Origin: Candidatus Omnitrophota bacterium
GTDB lineage: Bacteria > Omnitrophota > Omnitrophia > Omnitrophales > Aquincolibacteriaceae
DNA length: 64,000 bases
Direction: 5' to 3'
NCBI GenBank assembly: GCA_903884815.1
Contig: CAISGE010000004.1
Span: 5,136 to 69,135, forward strand
In this document: positions 31,001 through 40,000 of the stretch, in pieces
Numbering within the stretch: position 1 is the first letter of the stretch
Layout of the letters: the number at the start of each line of letters is the position of its first letter
Made by a program: the position numbers and the translations under genes
Notes under the pieces: model-generated
What the model saw: only the letters and a program-made list of their open reading frames with translations
What the model was told of the DNA's origin: nothing
The model's database searches: none

Positions 31001-34000
31001 GATTTTTTGGGCGAATACTTTGCGGCAATCTTTATTGCAAGCTCCCCGATCTCACCAAGCGGTTTTTCATATAAGGGACCGGCCAATCTTGCCTGAGCCA
31101 AGGCCCACTGCTCCATTTTGGCAACTTCTTTCCGACTCGGATTTCTGTCTGCTCCAAGTTCGGAAAACTTTTTGATCGGCGGTAAGATCCGCTCAAGAAT
31201 ATCGCCGGCCAGGATCATTTGTCCGAGATCCAAGGACTCATGGCTCTCCATATACAGCCTCGCCACGAAATCCGCGGGATAAGAGGTGGCATACCTTTCT
31301 AAAAGCCATTTCCCGAAATCTTCCCCTTCAGAGTAGGTGCTGTAATGGGCCCCTCTCTCACGGTTAAAGTTTGCGTTAAAAGTTCCGTCGATAAGATCAA
31401 GATCTCCCGTCCAAGATTCCCCTCCCCCGGTTCCATAGAGAAAAGGCCTCCAAGACGCATGCAATTCCTTCGGAGTTTTCACAACGCTCTGCCCCGCGAC
31501 TTTTCCGGTCGGGGTGCCAGTCGCAAGCGTTTTAAATAACGCAGCCCCCAGGAACCTTCTGTCCCGAAAGGGTCCTTCTGTCGAACTCGCGCCGATCTGC
31601 AGGTCACTCAACAAATGCGTGTACTCATGCCAAAAGACAGAAGCCCATGAATCAAAAGTCATCCCGTCCGTTTGGGACTGTATTTTCACTTCAAAACCCT
31701 CTGGACCTGGGAATTCAAACCCGTTCGGATGACGGATGAACACCCTTGCAAATGTCGTGGTAAGATCATCCGTCTGAAAAAGGATCGAAGTCGACCGCTT
31801 GAGGATTGTCGATGCCTCTGCGTTGTCCTTGCCGTCAATACCCGCCGCCTCGAGGTATTTCTTAATAAGGTAATCTGTCATGGCGGCCCAATAGCGCATG
31901 AGCAAAGGAAAATCCGCCGGAATATCCATTCCCCGTTCTCGTTTCAATTCCCTGAAACGCTTTTCCTCGCTCACGTAATGCGGGTATTTCGAAGCCTCGG
32001 CTTTCAATATCGGTAATGCCTCGTGATAGGGAATCCCCTTCTCCATCAACTGCCGTATTGTTTCGTTTATTCCGGCCATAAATCTTGCGTCTTCTAGAGA
32101 TAATCCGGTCGACCCCTTCTCGATTTCCATGGCGACATTTAACTCTCCCGCGCCCTTCAGCGGAGTCACCACCACACGCTCGATAATAGCCCTCACGGAC
32201 CAGAGCTGATCGGATTCCACCATCCAGCGATAAACCCGGTTTGACTTCATTGCTGAAAAGCACAGCACCCCTGCCAACGCGGGGGGAACGAGTATTCGGA
32301 CGAGCGGGGACCGCCGTAATCTTCGCCAAATATTTCGCCGCTGCTCCGCACGCGACTCTGAGGAGCGTGCAGGTTGGGCAACGTCAGTCGGGGTGCGGGT
32401 TTCGGAGCGGACATTTGGAATATTAATTTTCGCCGCATCAGCACCGCTCAGGTCCTCCACAGACAGCCAATCAGCCGATTTGATGGAACGGACCATTTTG
32501 AGCAATTCCAGAGAAGTCATGCCCGAAAAATTGAAGAGTTGCCCGCAGGAAGCCAGCAAATTAAAAACATCCATCACGTCATCTTTAACAGGAATACCCG
32601 CACGCTCCAGCTCGGCGATCACACCCAAAAATTTTCCGATCATCGACTTACCAGACGCAAGAACATTGCTAATCTTCACCTCGACATCCGGGTTCATCGA
32701 TGCCTGGCCTACAAGGAGAGCTCTAAGTTCTTTAACAGCCATTTTCCGGGCAATTCCCTTGCCAACCGGCAATTTCTGACCGATCAATAAGGCCTGCATC
32801 AGTGCCCACAGACTCTTACGGCTATCGATGCTAAGAGTCGACGCAGCGCCGAGATCGATAATGGAGATGCGGATCTTTCCCTCGGCCGTGCGAGACACAA
32901 AGATATTTCCCCTGTGCGGATCCGCATGATAAAACCCGCAAATAAACATCATCCGGAAGAACAAATGTCCAAGAATATGTTCAACCGCAACGGGATCAAT
33001 TCCCAGAGCGGCAACACCCGCGTCGTCGGTAAGTGGCACTCCCGGCGCTGTCCTTTCCCTCATGACTGAATTTTGGGCTATTTCGTGAGCGATCGGCACG
33101 TCAAATTCATAGCCCCGGAAAGCGTTCTCCGCGCCCGCCTGCACAACGCGGATCGCTTTGGCGAGTCTTTTTTGATTCTCACCCTCCAGATCAAAATCCA
33201 TCTCCTTCCGGATCCGGTCCTCCACTCGGTCCAGCATCTGCTTCGGGACATTGATCTTCAACTTGTCCCCCAGCATTGCCGCCACGCGCCGCATAAATGC
33301 AATCTCCTCCTCTATGCGCTGTTCCCCGTCCGGGCGTTTGATCTTCACGATTTCTCTGCTTCCGTCCTGAGTGAGCGCCTCGTCTACTGCCTTAACCGAC
33401 GCGTTCCTTTTTTTATTATGCAGCTCCTGAAAGACATCCGTAAAACTGCCGAAGACCCTGTCGGTCATTTCAAACTTATCCTCGATCGGCATTGGATTCG
33501 CGCCATCCTTTAATCTCTCGAGGCGCGCCCGGATCTCGGGCGTGATGTCCTTGTCATCGATAAGAGGGGAAGAGGAAAGAATCTGCCCGAGCTTGACCAT
33601 GGTGATCCCGAACGATTCGAAGACAAGCCCAACGACTTCAGCCTCTCTCTCTTCCCGGGAAAGTCCTGGATCAGCAATGCGTGACAGTCCCGCGCAAAGA
33701 GATAAAAGCACCTGCTCTTTTCTGTAAGGGTCGCCTGCCTCTATAAGAATATCGTATATCCCCTTATAGAGGTCCCGGCGTTCCTTTTCAGTGCCGGCTT
33801 CCCCCTTGGGGTAGGCGTAGTTGAAGATAGCGTCGAAAAGATCCGCCGCTGCGTGATTGGGATATTCCCGCACGTAGGGAAGTCCGTGCTTCGTGGACAT
33901 ATCACGTCGCGTCACCTTCGCGGTTTCAGCCAAGACGCCGTTCTTACCGTACAACAGTAGATCCAGCATGTCTTGCCGCAGGCTGGTTCCGATGCCTTTA

Positions 34001-37000
34001 TAGTGGCCTTCTTCTCCTCCACGGAAGAGTTCGCGTAGAAAATCGTAATTAACCTCAAAATCATGCTCAATCCTCAAGAGAAAGGCGGGCTTATTTTCCG
34101 TGACGCCCACCAACCACAAGATAAGATCTTTTTTAGATTCCGGAGCAAGCTCGGAAACGACCTGGAGCAGTATCTTTTCTTTGCCAAAAAGATTATCCCG
34201 AACCCCTTCTTTCCTGGTATTCCCTCGGAATTGAAGAAGATAAGACTGCACAATCTCCAGCATGCGGGGCGTTACAACCCTTTCATTCTGGATCGAGCGA
34301 AGCACATCGTCCCGAGTGTAGCTGAATTCCTTAAAATAGTTTTCGACGACGATCCTGACCTCCTCTGAAAAATCGCTAAAAAGATCCGGACGCATTTCAC
34401 GGTCAACTTCCAGTGCCAGGAGAGCCGATCGCTCGCGAACGCTAGAACTCTTGAAGTCGTTATCCAGCATCGCCCTCATATGAGTGATGAGACTGTCTTG
34501 TTGCTCGCGGGTCAATTTGTTCGCACGCATCGCGTCACGGATACCCCGGAACAGCTGTTCCATGAAGTAGTCTTTCGGTTCCGAGTTTTCGGCAAAAAAG
34601 GAACGGACCAAATCCCTCCGAGACTGCATGACCTCAACAATATCCTTAACCTCTGTCTCCGGCACTTCCGCCGACAAGTGAGAAGCAAGTATGTCCCGGA
34701 GGAGCATCGGAACTGCATACACGATCTGGGTGGCATGCCCGCCCGTATTCGTGAACTCAGCGGGAGTGTAGCGTTCCGTCACGCTGGAAGGAGCGAACTG
34801 ACCTGCATTATTTATATTGATCGCGCAATTTTCACTCTTGGAAATCCGAATGCGTTCATTGGCCTCCTCCATGGCAACGTCAAGCTGAAGCGACGGCATG
34901 ATAAGCGCCGCGGAACGGAGAATGGCTTGTTGCTGCCCCGCTGGAAGCGCACCTATTTTCTGGCGCACCCCCGCGATGTCAAAATAGTCGGCCATCGTGT
35001 CGTCCACGACCACTCCGTTTTTCCTGAGAACCATCTCCACAAACACAAGATAAAGAGCCATGTTCTTCATCATGCCGTCCGGAAGAACGGCGTTCAGCTC
35101 CGCCACCACCTCTTCGAAAGTGCGCCCAGCGGCTGAAATCGGAAGGCCATAATCGAGCAGGCGATTGAATATCTGACTCGGCAGTAAATTCTGCACAGTG
35201 CCGGGAGAAACATTTCTGATCAAATCTGAAGGAAGATACAGAAGCCACCTGTTTTGCCAATCGTGAGTTGAAAACGGGCCCAGATATGCCTGATCCGAAA
35301 TCTCAACATCAGGAGTATCCGAAAAGAATAGCCGGTCCACCCGGTATGGAACCTCCCCGATACGCCGGGACCGTCCGTGAGTATCAAATATTCCGTTGTC
35401 TCTGTATTTCCCTAGACGAAGGGCCAAAGCAATTCTCACCATGAATCCGTTCCATGTCCTTATGCGCCCGATAGCGCTTGGCTTCCAATCACCGGGCAAA
35501 TTTCTAATCATCCTGGAAAATGTCCCCCGCTTCGTCTGGACATCCCTCTGCGACAAAAGGTAGTTGTACAAAGCGGTCCGCTCGACAAGCGAAAACGGAA
35601 CATTGTGAACCGGGTCTGTTTTCTTAAATGAGCCGGAAGCCGCGGGATCTCCGTCGTCGATCAGTTTTATCTTCTTGAAATACTCGATGATCCCCTCATA
35701 GTCATTCGCGCCGAAGACGCCGCCCATTTCGTAGAAGAAGATAATTTTTCTGATCGGTAAGGCCAACTCTCCGGCATTTTCCACACCCGCGGCGGCTAGA
35801 GCGGAATCTATCCGATCGGATAATAATTCCTCGCTCAGACCATTCTCGCCAAGGATCATTTCATAGAGACGGCTATTCATGAGCAAAAGGTCCTCCTGTT
35901 GGAGGCTTCTCGCGTAGAGCCCCCTATCAAAGGCCCGGACGTCATAATTCCTGTCTGGATCCTGTTCATCTTCAAGCTTCCAACGCTCATTCAAGTCAGC
36001 GGCGTGGGTTGTAAGGGCATAGCGTAAAAGGTCTATTTCGCCCTCCGGCCCAAGGTGGTAATATTCCATGATCGTAGAAATGTAATCCCCGTATTTACCT
36101 TTAAACATCTCGAGAGCAAGCTGAACCGCTTCCACGGCGGTCGGCGCATTGATCGCCTTGAGCCACCTCAGCACAAATTCTCTATTTTCAATGACGGGGT
36201 TCGCCCCCCCATTAAAGCAAGTAGCATGAATAGGCAGATTTCTTTGTTCTTCCGCGCTTAACAGGCCCGTGGCAAGAAGAGCTAATAGATCCTCAACGGA
36301 GTCAATGGGGTGATCGGTTAAAAGCCTCAGGAACTGTTTACGGTCAGCATCGTTCAGCGTTGCGCCAGCGCTAAGCTTCTTTACCATGGCGCTCTCAACC
36401 AATCTCAAAATATCCCTGAATAAGAGCTCCCCGCCCAGAGGCTTCGCCTCATACTGGGCACGAACCTCAAGTTCCCGTTTTCTCTGATCGATCCGTCTGT
36501 AAAGATCCATCAACTGTTCGGGAGTGAGACTGTCCTGATTGCGTGCCAGATATTCCCGGACAACTGATTCGATGAATCTTATGTGGGAATCAAAAATCAC
36601 ACTTTTCAATTCCAGAAAACTCTTCTCCATATCCTCCCGTCCATGATCCTGGGCGGTCTTCTGCCGCGCAGCTCTGGACAAAGAAGGAACAGATTGGCTT
36701 TCAAAATTCAATATGTCCGGAGGCTGCGCTTCTAGCAGCCCGAGCAATGATTCGCCATTGACAGCACTCCCGGACTTTGTCAAAAATTCAGTGATTCTCG
36801 AAGCGAACTCTTCTGCGGAGGAATTCGAAGATAAAAATTTATCGACGGCATCTTCCAAGACGAATTTGCGTTGAACCTCATACGCAGAAACTTCATCGGG
36901 TGATAGCTTGGAACATAAAGTGCTCGCGCGACTTTTGTAGACGGCTTCGCTATCATCCACCCCGTTTTTCCTCTTCAGAATGTAGGCGAGAGCATAGAGT

Positions 37001-40000
37001 GTTTGAAGTTCTTCCATGGTTTCGGCACTGCTCATCAAATCGAGAATCATTTTGAGCGATGCCTTATCCCCGTAGTTGACAAAGCTCCCAGTTATGCGCT
37101 TCGACACAGCTTCCTCTTTAAGACCGCTTTCGCGCGTTCTCCTCCGTGATTGACCACCTAACTCCTTGGTAGCCAGCGTCGAAATATCACCTCGGGTGTC
37201 ATTAAAATGACGCCAATATCTCTTTTTCTGATTCTCCATATTCTTGAGGCGTCTCTCCACCGTATTGTGTTCCCCAAGCCACGAGTCTTTAAGATTATTC
37301 GCTTTCATATATTCCCGGATACACCTCATCGCCATGATCGCGCCCTGCATTGAATAACCAGCCGATTCCATAAAATCCAGCGCGTTATTGTCCGCATCCT
37401 CTTCGTCTGTAAACCGTACGGCACGACGCTTGAGGATCGAATTCAGCGGAGGATTCACCCCCAACCGTTGCTCTTCCTCATAGTCCGCCCAGCCCTGTTT
37501 GATATGCCCGGTCTCATGCGAAAGGATATAGGCAATCATCGCCCGCGACCCTGCAAGTTTTTGATCAGGCGGCAACTGAGCAACATAAGCTTCGATCAGC
37601 TTCAAAAACCCAAGCGAAATATAAACGCGATGATCACCGGGATAAACAAACGCGTCGGGTTCATTCTTGTCCATGAGATGAAGTTCAAATTGATCCGGAA
37701 CAAGTCCCACTTTTTGAGACCCGAGGATGTCCCTGAAAACAGTCTCGACTTCATTATAAATCCCTGAAAACTCTCCCGAATTTCTTCCGATCAACCCATC
37801 TTTCGCTAAAATCGCGCGCATTGCCGCGTTATTTTCTCCCTCGATCGCCGCGTCGATTGGAATCCGCCCTTTAACAGGCAAGGTCCGTGTCTCAGCACGG
37901 CCATTCAAATAATTCTCAATCGCTAGATCAAAATCAGCAGGTTCGGCTTCCAGAAAACGCACGACATTCCGGACAAAATCCCTTTTGATTTTATCCGTTG
38001 CATCCATTCCTCTCAAATGCTGAAAAACAGGCTTAGAACTCTCCCCAAGAACACCGCCCAGAAATCCCAGTAATTCCGCAGCATCTTTAAAGAACCTCCG
38101 TACGAGTTGCAGCTGCCCCAAAACCGTTGTGAAAGCTGAAATCAAGACTTCGTTAGAGTCGGTCGGCAGGTCGAACGCTTTAACCGGATCGATAAACACA
38201 AGATCAGGTGTGGCCCCTTTGGCCACCTCTTCTGGATTCCGAAGTAATACATCGTCGATGCCGTAATCATAAACGACGCCTACCGGAAATCCGGACTGGA
38301 ATTCAAACTGAACCTGAGACCATAACAGGTGAGCATCCGAAAGCAACTGTTCAAAGATCCTCTTCCGGATCCCGGGATCCTTATTCGATTTAATGAACGA
38401 TTCTAGAGTGACGCCGCTCTCCCATTCTGAAAGCTGCATATAAACTAGATCGGTGTCTACAAAATGCACTTGGGAATCGACCGATATCTCGCGGGCAACT
38501 TTGCGGGCAACTCTCGGATTGGAGACGATCTTCAGGTTCAATGCCTTATCCCGCTTAGCGGACTGCAAATTCAAATGACGCTCATCAGAAAATTTTATCG
38601 CAAGATCCCGGGATACCCCGCCGGCTTGAAAGGTCATACGATGAACGTGTCGACCGGAGCCTGAAAGAACGCCTGCGTGAACTGATATATGGATCACCTC
38701 GTTCACAGGAATACCCACATCGGCCAAATAATGATTTAATTCGGATTCATGCTCATGAAGGAAAGGAAATAGCCTTTGTTCGAACAGCTGATGACCATCC
38801 TGAAATCCAGCTTGATTTCCGGCCGCGCTCCACTCAAAAATCAATCCACCTTTCGTCAGCTTCTCACCCTTCTGCCCTGACGCGAGATCTTTGGTACTTA
38901 CAGGCTCCGTAGTAGCAATGGGCTCTTCAGTCGGCCGGACTTTGGAGCGTGGTTTTTGGCGGCCTTCGGAGCGGGCGAGTGAGACGGTGACGGAATATTT
39001 GGATCCGTCTCCGATGGGCGTGAAATGAACGGCATAGAACTTTCCGTTCTTCGTGAAGGCATCGCTTGTCATAACATACCCGTTCTCACCTTCGGGTTCG
39101 ACATTCAACGGGTGTTCGAATTCCTTGGCGACAAAATCGTTATAGAATTTTATCGTTGCTTCAAGATTTTTGGGATCGCCTCCTAGTAGCTTTAAAAACC
39201 AGCTCTCGAGATGTCTTTCCAGCGCCTCGATATCGACCCCTTGATCAGACAAGACTCCTGACCGCTGCAGCACGCTTGGTAATTCCAGGGTCGCGAGGTC
39301 GAACAAGCTGGACTGCGTCTGGAGCATATTCTGCCGGTACATCTTGTCGTTGCTTTTCTCGGTAAGACGCGGGGTGAGAATACCGTAACTGGTCTGATGT
39401 TCCCGGAGGAGGTCCGTGATCCCGTCCGTGTGAAAACCGCCGGTGACGAGAATGGCTTTGGACACCGCTCCCTTGGTCATGACGTCGTTGATCTTTTCGT
39501 AAAACACATTTTCACGTTTATGCGCGGCTTCGTAAAAACTGTAGGCCGCCGCTTGGGCGCCTGTCACTTCCGAGCGGAATTTGTCATTCACTTTCTTGGT
39601 CTCGAAATTCGAAAGCGGCAGCCCGTACTCTTTGCTGAGCGCCGTGCCGATCACTTTAAGTCGCGCCACCATCGCGTCCATGGACAGTGAGTCTGCATTT
39701 TCCGTCATTCTGAAGCCTGCGGCCGAAGAATCTCCGCCAAGATCCTTCGCTTCGTTCAGGGTGGCAGGGGTTTTGACTAATCCTCGTTTCTGCTCCACCT
39801 CCTGCCATTCCTTGCGCGGAAGCTCGAGGTTGAGGAGCTTGCGAATGAGCTCTTCATCACGGAACAGCTGCACGAGTTCCTTCTGCCGCGGCGACACAGC
39901 CTGGGTGTCGAGAATGCGCGTGAAAACGGCCTTGATCTCCTCAAATAGGCCTTTCGGATCAAGTTCGTTTTTTAAGATGAGATAACCGGCATAAGTGCTG

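Noticed and set aside
36800-37000. Fourth HExxH candidate HEHES in the N-terminal third of the giant protein
   Set aside because: The fifth residue is Ser, not His, so it does not fit the HExxH zincin pattern.
38400-38700. Possible second kinase-like (APH-type) region in the giant protein (PVGVVYDYGIDDVLL...DLVFIDPVKAF)
   Set aside because: No HxD catalytic loop or clear Gly-rich loop could be read. The similarity is too vague to call.
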